NCBI GenBank assembly: GCA_964016885.1
Contig: CAXHJY010001623.1
Span: forward strand, 30,720-94,719
Direction: 5' to 3'
Source: Eledone cirrhosa
Lineage: Eukaryota
Length of the DNA stretch: 64,000 nucleotides
Shown here: positions 1 through 24,048 of the stretch, one piece after another
Layout of the letters: each line of letters starts with the position of its first letter
Position numbering within the stretch: the first letter of the stretch is position 1
Notes under the pieces: generated by a model
The model's input: the letters and a program-made list of their open reading frames with translations, nothing else
Database searches by the model: none
Told to the model about the DNA's origin: nothing
Position numbers and translations under genes: made by a program

Positions 1-4495
<4,495 letters not shown>

Positions 4496-5524
4496 ATAAA
4501 ATATTAAACAAATAATGAACAAACAATTCCTTATATTAAACAAAAAAAGTTCACTATTTAACGATCGTTTCTAGGGTATATATGTGTTATAATTGGTATG
4601 CATATTCAACAGATCTATGTACAAAATTATACAAAATTATACAAATTATCAAGATTAAATATACATACCTAACACATATATACGCCGTCTTCAGAAATAA
4701 TGAAGTATATTTATTGATAATAACAACAATTCAAAATATCAGTTCAAAATTGACCAATGAAAACACAAAGGGTTAAAAGCAGTTCGGTGTGTGTATATAC
4801 ATGTAAAATCCTTACACATATTTTACAATAATGTGTGTATAATTTGTATGCGCATACTAAAAAGATGGATGCAAACACAAAATTTCAAGGTTAATATCTC
4901 TGTAAGCTTAATGCGCTGATAAGATGCGCATTGATACTTATGGAGTCAAGCATATAAATATATTTTTTCATACTCACACATATCAGTATAATCACACATA
5001 CATGCGCGTATATGCATAAATATACACATAACCACGAACATACAAACACACACACTCCCCCACTCACATTTATATATGTGGATATAAAATCATAAGCACA
5101 TAGAAATTAAGTCACTCACATAAAACACTGGCACACACATTTCAAGATCAAGATACAGAAATTAGGTGGGAGGGGGGGGGAGGGGTCTGTATTCAATTGT
5201 CTGAGCAGACTGCCTAATATAAATGTATCTATAAATTAAGAAAAATAAAAAAATAAAAACAATAAAATATAATAAATATAATATAATGTACATACACATA
5301 CAGATATATATACACATACATACATGTACGCGCACATAGAGATATTTACGCATACACACATACACACATACATATACAGTCATACACACACATACACTTA
5401 CACGAACATACACATACACATATAAAAAGATATATATATACACACACACACGCGCAACACATACACACATACACATATATATAAAAAATAGATAATAAAG
5501 ATATATATCCATATATATATATAT

Positions 5525-5575
<51 letters not shown>

Positions 5576-5664
5576 TATACATATACATACACATACATCT
5601 AAATATACATACACATACATACACACATACATGTACATACATGTACATACATATACGCACATCG

Positions 5665-5706
<42 letters not shown>

Positions 5707-6040
5707 TCACATAGACATAAAGATACATACACACACAACTTACATACACACGTATATATATATATATATATAGATGTACCTTCATACATAGAATTAGATA
5801 TATAATCATACATACATATGCACCTACTTATACTCATATAAGTAAATACATACGCTTCCATATATGTGTATATACATAAAAAACAATACCACCTCACCAA
5901 ACTCAGACATACAAATGAAAATAATAATAAAAAAACGCATATGTATATACATACACACACGCATTAATAGAGATATATATATATACACACATACATACAC
6001 ATATATATATATACATACACACACATACATATACACATAC

Positions 6041-6087
<47 letters not shown>

Positions 6088-6218
6088 TAGACTCATATAT
6101 ATATATATATACATACATATATATAAACATATATATCCACACACTCATACCACCATAAATACACATACAAACACCCACATGTATATATATATATATATCT
6201 ATATACACACACGTATAC

Positions 6219-6253
<35 letters not shown>

Positions 6254-6415
6254 CACACACATAAAAAACAGACATGCACATATATATATATATATATATT
6301 TCATTACTCTTATATATACACATATTATATATACATACACAACCTCACTTATACACATATACACATAAGTTATATTACAATAATAATAAAGAATAATATA
6401 CATATATATATATAC

Positions 6416-6447
<32 letters not shown>

Positions 6448-6559
6448 ATACATACATACACATACATAATACACATAAATATATACATACATAAATACAC
6501 ACATACGAATAAAGACATATATTCACACATAGACACCTATATATATATATATATATATC

Positions 6560-6605
<46 letters not shown>

Positions 6606-9600
6606 CACACACACACAGACACACATACACACTCACATATATATATATATATATGTGTATGTGAGTGTGCGCACATACACATATATACACACACACATAC
6701 AAACACACACAAACACATACATATGCATACGTGCACACACACACACATATATCACATAGATACGAAGATAAACATATAAATAGAGAGACATACATATATA
6801 TACACAACACATATACACATACATACATACACGCATATACATATACATACATATATACACATATATATATTCCTATATATACAAGCATACACATACATAC
6901 ACATATATACACATACATACACATATACATACAACACATTCACATACACATACATATATAATACATATATATACACATATATACATACATATGTATGTAC
7001 AATCATATATACACACACAATCTTACATTCATATTTGCATGCTCATATATGTATTTTTATATTTAGATATAAATACCCAAACCTATATAGACACCTACCT
7101 ACATATATATTCATACATAGACGCTTACAAATACAGATGATAATAGTATGGGGGAAAGGGGGGGTTTGGAGAAGGGGATCAAAGTAAATATATGTTTCAA
7201 GAAACATATAATATTTTCCGTATCTTAATTCAATGTATGTTCTTACATATTTTCAGTGCTAGGAAATACGAAATCTATGCATCTCAAAATAAATAAGTAT
7301 ACCATTAATCATATGTTAACTAAACCAAAGATAGTCAACATATTGATTTCTAAGGTGTAAATTAGTTAGGTTTATAATATTTGAAGCAGAATTTTGAAGT
7401 CAAACAGTAGTAGATTATTAATTACATTATAACTAAATTAAAGTTAATAACGTTATGGTATCAATATTAGGAGATGAATTTAGTAATAGGGAAAAGAAAC
7501 CCAAATAAAAATAAAATAAAGTATTACATCGGTAGTAGCATATAAATTATATGTTAACTAAATTAAAAATTATATATTTATTTCAATAGTATACGTTAAT
7601 TAGTATATGTTAATTAGGTATACAATACATAAAGCAGATATTGTATTTCATCAATAGCATAATATAATTATATGCAAATAAAAATCAAAATTAATACGCA
7701 TACATATACATATACATACACATACACATATACATACATATACACACATATATATATATATATACATATATATACATATATACATATATACACACATAAA
7801 CATACATACAGATACACATACACAACACACACATATACATATACATATACATATACATATCTTTTTCAAAAAATTGCACAGAATATATTAACTAGGTATA
7901 TATCCAAAACACATCCCATTCTATGATTACATGACATTCTGCAATTCGTCTGTATAAGGATACTAATTTTAAGCAAATTAAAATTAAAGTTTTAGGTTGA
8001 TTAAAACTAAAACCAAATAATAAATATATTTCCAAAATGTATATTAATTAGGTCTATAATACTAAAAATTCTTTCTCCGTCATTGGATACATGATATTAT
8101 TTTGTTATATTTTATCTGTAAAAGAATTATAATAAAAGGTTTAAATAAATTAAAATTAATCTATAAATTAAATTACTAAGTATATATTAGTAATATTTAA
8201 AGGTTTTTCACAATTTATGATTACATAATATTTTCTCATCTGTAATAAAATATTAATTAAATTAAATTTATAGGTTAACTAACATTTAAATTAAATTAAT
8301 TTCTAGAATAATGTTATTAATTAGGTTTATAATATTTAAATGTTTTTTTTAGTTTATGATTACACGATATAATTAATTCCTGTCGTTTATTTAATAAGAT
8401 ATCCTTAGACTTCATTATTTCAAATAGTTCTTGGGAACATAATCTACATTCCTTTCTATTATTTTGATAAGGGGTGGCTCTTTTGAGCACACTCCAGGTC
8501 AAATCATATTTTATATTCTTATTTTTATAACTATTGATTTTTTCTGCTAGAGATGTTGTATTAGCCAGTGCGGCATTTTTAAAACTATGTTTGTGGGTAT
8601 TAAACCTTGTCTTAAAATTGTTAGAGGTAGCTCCTATATATGAGCAAATAGAATCTTTAGTTTTAACATTACATTTATAGACTATGTTGTTAACAAGACA
8701 ATTCCCTTTTAATGGGCAGTTTGTTTTGTTTCTACAGTTACATCCTTTCGTTAATTCTGTATTTGAGGAGATATTATTGTTAATTTGATGTACTGGTGGT
8801 ATACTTATGGTTTTCTTACATTTATATGCATTATATGCACTTATATTTTGTTTTATGTTATTTGTTGTAGAGTATGAGAATTTAACTGTAGACCTATTTA
8901 AGATTTGATGGTATTTGTGGTTTGGCGGGAAGTTTTTCTCAAGGATATAAAAAATTTTTTTAGCAATATTATCCTTAACTTGTAAATTAAAAGGAGCATT
9001 ATACCAAGTAACTCGTCTATTACGGTTTCTATGTTGTTTATTATTTTTATTATTTTTATAGGTTGTATCATGATTTTTACTAGGAGGATTAATGTTAATG
9101 ATCTCACCACAACTATTTTTAGTTATATTTGTAGATTTAGGTGTTTTATCTTTTTTATTAGGAGTTTTATTATTAATATTTATTATAGTTGTATGATGAG
9201 TAGTTTTTTTAGGGTTACTATACTTTATATTAGAAGATTTAGTATTTTGGGGTATATTGTGGGTGGCATTTAGGTGTGTACTTTTCATTTGGTGTTTGTT
9301 GGTAATATTATGCTGTATGCTTTCAGTATTTTTAGTAGAAGGTATATACTCTAATCTATTTTTGTGGCCACTTCTATCTAGAGCTTCATTATAAAAGGTC
9401 GCATTTTTATCAAATACATCTTGGTTAGAAGAAAGGTTAGAAATTCTAAGTGATATATTATATGCAAGGTTTTTAAGGATAGATTTAGGGTGATTAGATT
9501 GTGAGTGTATGTAATGTAAGTTTTGGTTAGGTTTATGGTAAGGTTGGTATATACCCGTAGCTAAATCTAAAGTTATATCTAGGAAATTTACTACTTTACT

Positions 9601-10336
9601 TGTTTTATCAAAAGTAATATTAAGATTATAATAGTCTTTAAGGAAAGTTCTAATATGTTTTTTGTTTTTTTCGATTTCTGAAAGGCTAAGGTTGTTAGAA
9701 AGAAGAAGACAGTCATCACGATATAAACCACCTTTGAGGTGGGGAAAAGAGGCATTTATGTTGAAAAGGAGAAAGAGGCCCACAAGATCAGTAATTTGGG
9801 CGGAATCACTTGAACCCATAGTAATATCAAAAAGATTACTGTATGTGTTTCTGGTCCAGTATTCATTCTGAAATTCAATAAGTGTTAGTCTAGCATGTGT
9901 AATAATGTTAATGTCATCCGAAGTTAAATTAGATCTATTTTTAGCAAATATTAATGCTTTGTTCAGGAGTATGGGTGATATAGAAGAATAGTAATTATCT
10001 ATATCAAATTGTAGGAAAGAAGCCGAAGATTTACACCTAATATTTTTAAACCAATTAATTACCTGGGAGGTGTTTTCCCAGAGTGGTAAAATAACGTATT
10101 TTCTTATTTGTGGGATGACTCTATCTAAAATTTTTTTGCTAATTATTCCAATATCTGATTTGGAGGGACATATAAGTCTAATAGAAGGATTAGAGTTAAA
10201 GTTAGATTTGTGATCTTTCAGGTTGAAGTGTGGTCTTTTCAATGCCAAAGGTTCAGTTCTATCTTCAATATTTAGTTTTTTTACTATGTTGTGTGTTTTG
10301 TTGTTGATGTTGGTGAGTGACACATTATTAGATTTT
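4496..10336 (-). mobile_element. Penelope-like element (Naiad/Chlamys-type), 5'-truncated; left copy with ~3.8-kb 3' region ending in an HHR
   Basis: RT+GIY-YIG ORF at 8317-10344, followed by a long microsatellite-rich 3' region and a terminal hammerhead at 4550-4704. Confidence 0.9.
4550..4704 (-). ncRNA. Type I hammerhead ribozyme (mirror copy)
   Basis: Reverse complement of 15181-15335. Confidence 0.8.
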
Positions 10337-10344
10337 CTAACCAA
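8317..10344 (-). CDS. Penelope-like reverse transcriptase + GIY-YIG endonuclease (N-terminally truncated, otherwise open, 675 aa)
   Basis: RT motifs LKDHK..NPSIRLICPSKS, FDIDNYYSSI, FDITMGSSDSAQITDLVGLFLL, GLYRDD and NFLDITLDL; then WYNAPF, the Cys cluster CNCRNKTNCPLKGNCL and GIY-YIG IVYKC..YIGATSNNFKTRFNTH. I recall the YRDD and W(F/Y)NxP(Y/F) style as Naiad-type. The listed start codon lies at the inversion junction and is not a real start. Confidence 0.92.
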   Translation of the reverse strand: MVRKSNNVSLTNINNKTHNIVKKLNIEDRTEPLALKRPHFNLKDHKSNFNSNPSIRLICPSKSDIGIISKKILDRVIPQIRKYVILPLWENTSQVINWFKNIRCKSSASFLQFDIDNYYSSISPILLNKALIFAKNRSNLTSDDINIITHARLTLIEFQNEYWTRNTYSNLFDITMGSSDSAQITDLVGLFLLFNINASFPHLKGGLYRDDCLLLSNNLSLSEIEKNKKHIRTFLKDYYNLNITFDKTSKVVNFLDITLDLATGIYQPYHKPNQNLHYIHSQSNHPKSILKNLAYNISLRISNLSSNQDVFDKNATFYNEALDRSGHKNRLEYIPSTKNTESIQHNITNKHQMKSTHLNATHNIPQNTKSSNIKYSNPKKTTHHTTIININNKTPNKKDKTPKSTNITKNSCGEIININPPSKNHDTTYKNNKNNKQHRNRNRRVTWYNAPFNLQVKDNIAKKIFYILEKNFPPNHKYHQILNRSTVKFSYSTTNNIKQNISAYNAYKCKKTISIPPVHQINNNISSNTELTKGCNCRNKTNCPLKGNCLVNNIVYKCNVKTKDSICSYIGATSNNFKTRFNTHKHSFKNAALANTTSLAEKINSYKNKNIKYDLTWSVLKRATPYQNNRKECRLCSQELFEIMKSKDILLNKRQELIISCNHKLKKTFKYYKPN

Positions 10345-11550
10345 AACTTACATTACATACACTCACAATCTAATCACCCTAAATCTATCCTTAAAAACCT
10401 TGCATATAATATATCACTTAGAATTTCTAACCTTTCTTCTAACCAAGATGTATTTGATAAAAATGCGACCTTTTATAATGAAGCTCTAGATAGAAGTGGC
10501 CACAAAAATAGATTAGAGTATATACCTTCTACTAAAAATACTGAAAGCATACAGCATAATATTACCAACAAACACCAAATGAAAAGTACACACCTAAATG
10601 CCACCCACAATATACCCCAAAATACTAAATCTTCTAATATAAAGTATAGTAACCCTAAAAAAACTACTCATCATACAACTATAATAAATATTAATAATAA
10701 AACTCCTAATAAAAAAGATAAAACACCTAAATCTACAAATATAACTAAAAATAGTTGTGGTGAGATCATTAACATTAATCCTCCTAGTAAAAATCATGAT
10801 ACAACCTATAAAAATAATAAAAATAATAAACAACATAGAAACCGTAATAGACGAGTTACTTGGTATAATGCTCCTTTTAATTTACAAGTTAAGGATAATA
10901 TTGCTAAAAAATTTTTTTATATCCTTGAGAAAAACTTCCCGCCAAACCACAAATACCATCAAATCTTAAATAGGTCTACAGTTAAATTCTCATACTCTAC
11001 AACAAATAACATAAAACAAAATATAAGTGCATATAATGCATATAAATGTAAGAAAACCATAAGTATACCACCAGTACATCAAATTAACAATAATATCTCC
11101 TCAAATACAGAATTAACGAAAGGATGTAACTGTAGAAACAAAACAAACTGCCCATTAAAAGGGAATTGTCTTGTTAACAACATAGTCTATAAATGTAATG
11201 TTAAAACTAAAGATTCTATTTGCTCATATATAGGAGCTACCTCTAACAATTTTAAGACAAGGTTTAATACCCACAAACATAGTTTTAAAAATGCCGCACT
11301 GGCTAATACAACATCTCTAGCAGAAAAAATCAATAGTTATAAAAATAAGAATATAAAATATGATTTGACCTGGAGTGTGCTCAAAAGAGCCACCCCTTAT
11401 CAAAATAATAGAAAGGAATGTAGATTATGTTCCCAAGAACTATTTGAAATAATGAAGTCTAAGGATATCTTATTAAATAAACGACAGGAATTAATTATAT
11501 CGTGTAATCATAAACTAAAAAAAACATTTAAATATTATAAACCTAATTAA
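10339..11550 (+). pseudogene. C-terminal part (end of RT, linker, GIY-YIG) of the Penelope ORF, lacking the RT core
   Basis: Translation matches the C-terminus of the 675-aa ORF except KKFFY vs KKIFY. Confidence 0.9.
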
Positions 11551-13261
11551 TAACATTATTCTAGAAATTAATTTAATTTAAATGTTAGTTAACCTATAAA
11601 TTTAATTTAATTAATATTTTATTACAGATGAGAAAATATTATGTAATCATAAATTGTGAAAAACCTTTAAATATTACTAATATATACTTAGTAATTTAAT
11701 TTATAGATTAATTTTAATTTATTTAAACCTTTTATTATAATTCTTTTACAGATAAAATATAACAAAATAATATCATGTATCCAATGACGGAGAAAGAATT
11801 TTTAGTATTATAGACCTAATTAATATACATTTTGGAAATATATTTATTATTTGGTTTTAGTTTTAATCAACCTAAAACTTTAATTTTAATTTGCTTAAAA
11901 TTAGTATCCTTATACAGACGAATTGCAGAATGTCATGTAATCATAGAATGGGATGTGTTTTGGATATATACCTAGTTAATATATTCTGTGCAATTTTTTG
12001 AAAAAGATATGTATATGTATATGTATATGTATATGTGTGTGTTGTGTATGTGTATCTGTATGTATGTTTATGTGTGTATATATGTATATATGTATATATA
12101 TGTATATATATATATATATGTGTGTATATGTATGTATATGTGTATGTGTATGTATATGTATATGTATGCGTATTAATTTTGATTTTTATTTGCATATAAT
12201 TATATTATGCTATTGATGAAATACAATATCTGCTTTATGTATTGTATACCTAATTAACATATACTAATTAACGTATACTATTGAAATAAATATATAATTT
12301 TTAATTTAGTTAACATATAATTTATATGCTACTACCGATGTAATACTTTATTTTATTTTTATTTGGGTTTCTTTTCCCTATTACTAAATTCATCTCCTAA
12401 TATTGATACCATAACGTTATTAACTTTAATTTAGTTATAATGTAATTAATAATCTACTACTGTTTGACTTCAAAATTCTGCTTCAAATATTATAAACCTA
12501 ACTAATTTACACCTTAGAAATCAATATGTTGACTATCTTTGGTTTAGTTAACATATGATTAATGGTATACTTATTTATTTTGAGATGCATAGATTTCGTA
12601 TTTCCTAGCACTGAAAATATGTAAGAACATACATTGAATTAAGATACGGAAAATATTATATGTTTCTTGAAACATATATTTACTTTGATCCCCTTCTCCA
12701 AACCCCCCCTTTCCCCCATACTATTATCATCTGTATTTGTAAGCGTCTATGTATGAATATATATGTAGGTAGGTGTCTATATAGGTTTGGGTATTTATAT
12801 CTAAATATAAAAATACATATATGAGCATGCAAATATGAATGTAAGATTGTGTGTGTATATATGATTGTACATACATATGTATGTATATATGTGTATATAT
12901 ATGTATTATATATGTATGTGTATGTGAATGTGTTGTATGTATATGTGTATGTATGTGTATATATGTGTATGTATGTGTATGCTTGTATATATAGGAATAT
13001 ATATATGTGTATATATGTATGTATATGTATATGCGTGTATGTATGTATGTGTATATGTGTTGTGTATATATATGTATGTCTCTCTATTTATATGTTTATC
13101 TTCGTATCTATGTGATATATGTGTGTGTGTGTGCACGTATGCATATGTATGTGTTTGTGTGTGTTTGTATGTGTGTGTGTATATATGTGTATGTGCGCAC
13201 ACTCACATACACATATATATATATATATATGTGAGTGTGTATGTGTGTCTGTGTGTGTGTG

Positions 13262-13307
<46 letters not shown>

Positions 13308-13421
13308 GATATATATATATATATATATATAGGTGTCTATGTGTGAATATATGTCTTTATTCGTATGTGTGTATTTATGTATGTATATATTTATGTGTAT
13401 TATGTATGTGTATGTATGTAT

Positions 13422-13453
<32 letters not shown>

Positions 13454-13615
13454 GTATATATATATATGTATATTATTCTTTATTATTATTGTAATATAAC
13501 TTATGTGTATATGTGTATAAGTGAGGTTGTGTATGTATATATAATATGTGTATATATAAGAGTAATGAAATATATATATATATATATATGTGCATGTCTG
13601 TTTTTTATGTGTGTG

Positions 13616-13650
<35 letters not shown>

Positions 13651-13781
13651 GTATACGTGTGTGTATATAGATATATATATATATATACATGTGGGTGTTT
13701 GTATGTGTATTTATGGTGGTATGAGTGTGTGGATATATATGTTTATATATATGTATGTATATATATATATATATGAGTCTA

Positions 13782-13828
<47 letters not shown>

Positions 13829-14162
13829 GTATGTGTATATGTATGTGTGTGTATGTATATATATATATGTGTATGTATGTGTGTATATATATATATCTCT
13901 ATTAATGCGTGTGTGTATGTATATACATATGCGTTTTTTTATTATTATTTTCATTTGTATGTCTGAGTTTGGTGAGGTGGTATTGTTTTTTATGTATATA
14001 CACATATATGGAAGCGTATGTATTTACTTATATGAGTATAAGTAGGTGCATATGTATGTATGATTATATATCTAATTCTATGTATGAAGGTACATCTATA
14101 TATATATATATATATACGTGTGTATGTAAGTTGTGTGTGTATGTATCTTTATGTCTATGTGA

Positions 14163-14214
<52 letters not shown>

Positions 14215-14303
14215 CGATGTGCGTATATGTATGTACATGTATGTACATGTATGTGTGTATGTATGTGTATGTATATTTAGATGTATGTGTATGTATATGT
14301 ATA

Positions 14304-14360
<57 letters not shown>

Positions 14361-15180
14361 ATATATATATATATGGATATATATCTTTATTATCTATTTT
14401 TTATATATATGTGTATGTGTGTATGTGTTGCGCGTGTGTGTGTGTATATATATATCTTTTTATATGTGTATGTGTATGTTCGTGTAAGTGTATGTGTGTG
14501 TATGACTGTATATGTATGTGTGTATGTGTGTATGCGTAAATATCTCTATGTGCGCGTACATGTATGTATGTGTATATATATCTGTATGTGTATGTACATT
14601 ATATTATATTTATTATATTTTATTGTTTTTATTTTTTTATTTTTCTTAATTTATAGATACATTTATATTAGGCAGTCTGCTCAGACAATTGAATACAGAC
14701 CCCTCCCCCCCCCTCCCACCTAATTTCTGTATCTTGATCTTGAAATGTGTGTGCCAGTGTTTTATGTGAGTGACTTAATTTCTATGTGCTTATGATTTTA
14801 TATCCACATATATAAATGTGAGTGGGGGAGTGTGTGTGTTTGTATGTTCGTGGTTATGTGTATATTTATGCATATACGCGCATGTATGTGTGATTATACT
14901 GATATGTGTGAGTATGAAAAAATATATTTATATGCTTGACTCCATAAGTATCAATGCGCATCTTATCAGCGCATTAAGCTTACAGAGATATTAACCTTGA
15001 AATTTTGTGTTTGCATCCATCTTTTTAGTATGCGCATACAAATTATACACACATTATTGTAAAATATGTGTAAGGATTTTACATGTATATACACACACCG
15101 AACTGCTTTTAACCCTTTGTGTTTTCATTGGTCAATTTTGAACTGATATTTTGAATTGTTGTTATTATCAATAAATATAC

Positions 15181-15335
15181 TTCATTATTTCTGAAGACGG
15201 CGTATATATGTGTTAGGTATGTATATTTAATCTTGATAATTTGTATAATTTTGTATAATTTTGTACATAGATCTGTTGAATATGCATACCAATTATAACA
15301 CATATATACCCTAGAAACGATCGTTAAATAGTGAA
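15181..15335 (+). ncRNA. Type I hammerhead ribozyme with extended stem II
   Basis: Stem I ttcattattt/aaatagtgaa; core CTGAAGA (15191-15197) and GAAAC (15314-15318); palindromic stem III ACGATCGT; GTT cleavage triplet. Confidence 0.8.
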
Positions 15336-15523
15336 CTTTTTTTGTTTAATATAAGGAATTGTTTGTTCATTATTTGTTTAATATTTTATCTTGACTCTGT
15401 ATACCGTTTATCTTTCACCGAAAGTGGATTTTCATTACATCTCTTCTTTCCATGATATCCGGAATACATTGAGTTCTTCATACGGATTGGACACTACCGT
15501 AAACTCTTGGTAGATTTATCTAC

Positions 15524-19857
<4,334 letters not shown>

Positions 19858-21502
19858 AAAGGTAAACCCCTCTACTTAGCTTTTGTTGACTTGGAGAAAG
19901 CCTTCGACAGAGTCCCCCGCTCCATTATCTGGTGGGCTCTTAGAAAACTAGGTGTTGATGAATGGCTTGTGAGAGCTATACAAGCCATGTATAAAGAAAC
20001 AGTCAGAAAGGTTAGAATTAACAACGAATATAGTGAAGAGTTTAGCGTAAAAGTTGGTGTCCATCAGGGCTCTGTTCTCAGCCCCCTACTATTTATTATT
20101 GCCCTTCAGGCTATAACAGAGGAGTTCAAGACCGGCTGCCCATGGGAACTCCTATACGCAGACGACCTAACACTCATAGCTGAATCAATGGCCGAGCTAG
20201 AGAAGAAATTCCAAACATAGAAGCACGGCCTAGAATCAAAAAGCCTTAAAATTAACCTGGCTAAGACTAAAGTTCTAGTTTGTAGGAAAGAAAATAAGGC
20301 GGCGGTCCCTTCCGGGAAATGGCCATGCTCAGTGTGTAGGAAAGGCGTAGGTATAAACTCCATTTTATGTCCCAAATGCAAAGTATGGGTGCATAAAAGA
20401 TGTAGTGGGAACACAGGTAAGCTAACTAAGAACTTAGATTTTACATGTGGGCGGTGCTCTGGTGCAATAAGTAGCAGCAAGTGCCCACTAAATACTAACT
20501 CTTTCAATTGCGCAGAGGGCTCTATAGAAATAGTGGACAGCTTCCGTTACCTGGGTGACAAAATCAGCAGTGGGGGACGGTGCTCTGAAAGCACAGTAGC
20601 TAGAGTCAGAACTGGATGGAAAAAGTTCAGAGAGCTTATACCACTATTAGCCGCTAAAGGGTTATCCCTAAAAATGAAAGGCAGATTGTATGATGCTTGC
20701 ATACGAACAGCAATGTTGCATGGCAGTGAGACCTGGGCATTGTGTGCAGAGGATATACGCAGACTAGAGAGGAACGAAGCTTGCATGCTCCGCTGGATCT
20801 GTAATAGTAATATACGTGAACGGCAAAGCATAAACGAACTAAGGAAAAAATTAGAAATAAGAGGGATCAGATGTTGTTTACTTGAGAGAAGGCTTCGTTG
20901 GTACGGACACGTGATGCGCATGAAAGATGACAGCTGTATAACAAAGTGCAGGGCAATAAAGATAGACGGTAGCCATGGAGTAGGCAGACCTAGAAAATCC
21001 TGGGACGAGCTGATAAACTCCGACCTCACACACTTACACCTCTCCAAGACAATGTCACTGGACCGAGACCTTTGGCGGTACTCAGTAATAGAGAAGACCC
21101 GCCTTACCTAAATACATAGTAAAACCTACTACAGCCAGTAGGCATCTCTAACAAAATACACCCCCGTCCCACCACCCACACCCCATCCACACAACCCCCT
21201 TCTATGTAAAGTTATGTTGGTGCCACAACATCCAGGCCGAAACAAATGAGATCGTTTAGGTGTCACGACAAAAAAACACACAGTCCACGCTGTAATGTGG
21301 CCGTGTAGGCAACACGGTAAAAACCTCCCAGACCCACACTGTAAATGTGGTTGGTGTTAGGAAGGGCATCCAACTGTAGAAAACCTGCCAGACAGTCCTA
21401 TGCGAGCAAGACAATCACTCTTGCCCCAAGTGGGACTACCCCCGTCCAAACCCATGCAAGCGTGGAACACGGACGTTAAACGTTGATGATGATGATGATG
21501 AT
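19858..21502 (+). mobile_element. RTE-clade LINE, 5'-truncated (RT, PHD-like finger, 3' UTR, (GAT)n tail)
   Basis: [46 protein letters not shown] and RRLRWYGHVMR. One premature TAG at 20218-20220, stop at 21111, tail ggacgttaaacgttgatgatgat. Confidence 0.92.

Positions 21503-24048
<2,546 letters not shown>

Larger units (their letters stand above)
10337..15523 (+). mobile_element. Second, more truncated copy of the same Penelope-like element in inverted orientation, with an extra ~130-bp 3' tail
   Basis: 10337-15389 is the reverse complement of 4496-9530 (e.g. 8317+11550 = 9530+10337 = 19867). 15390-15523 is unique. Confidence 0.92.

Noticed and set aside
8317-10344. Selenoprotein-type Naiad (in-frame TGA + SECIS)
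   Set aside because: The ORF is open with ordinary Cys codons and ends in TAA, and no convincing SECIS was seen. The missing N-terminus cannot be assessed.
4496-15389. DNA transposon or Polinton with giant TIRs
   Set aside because: The arms contain the retroelement's own ORF end and UTR; there is no transposase, integrase or polB.
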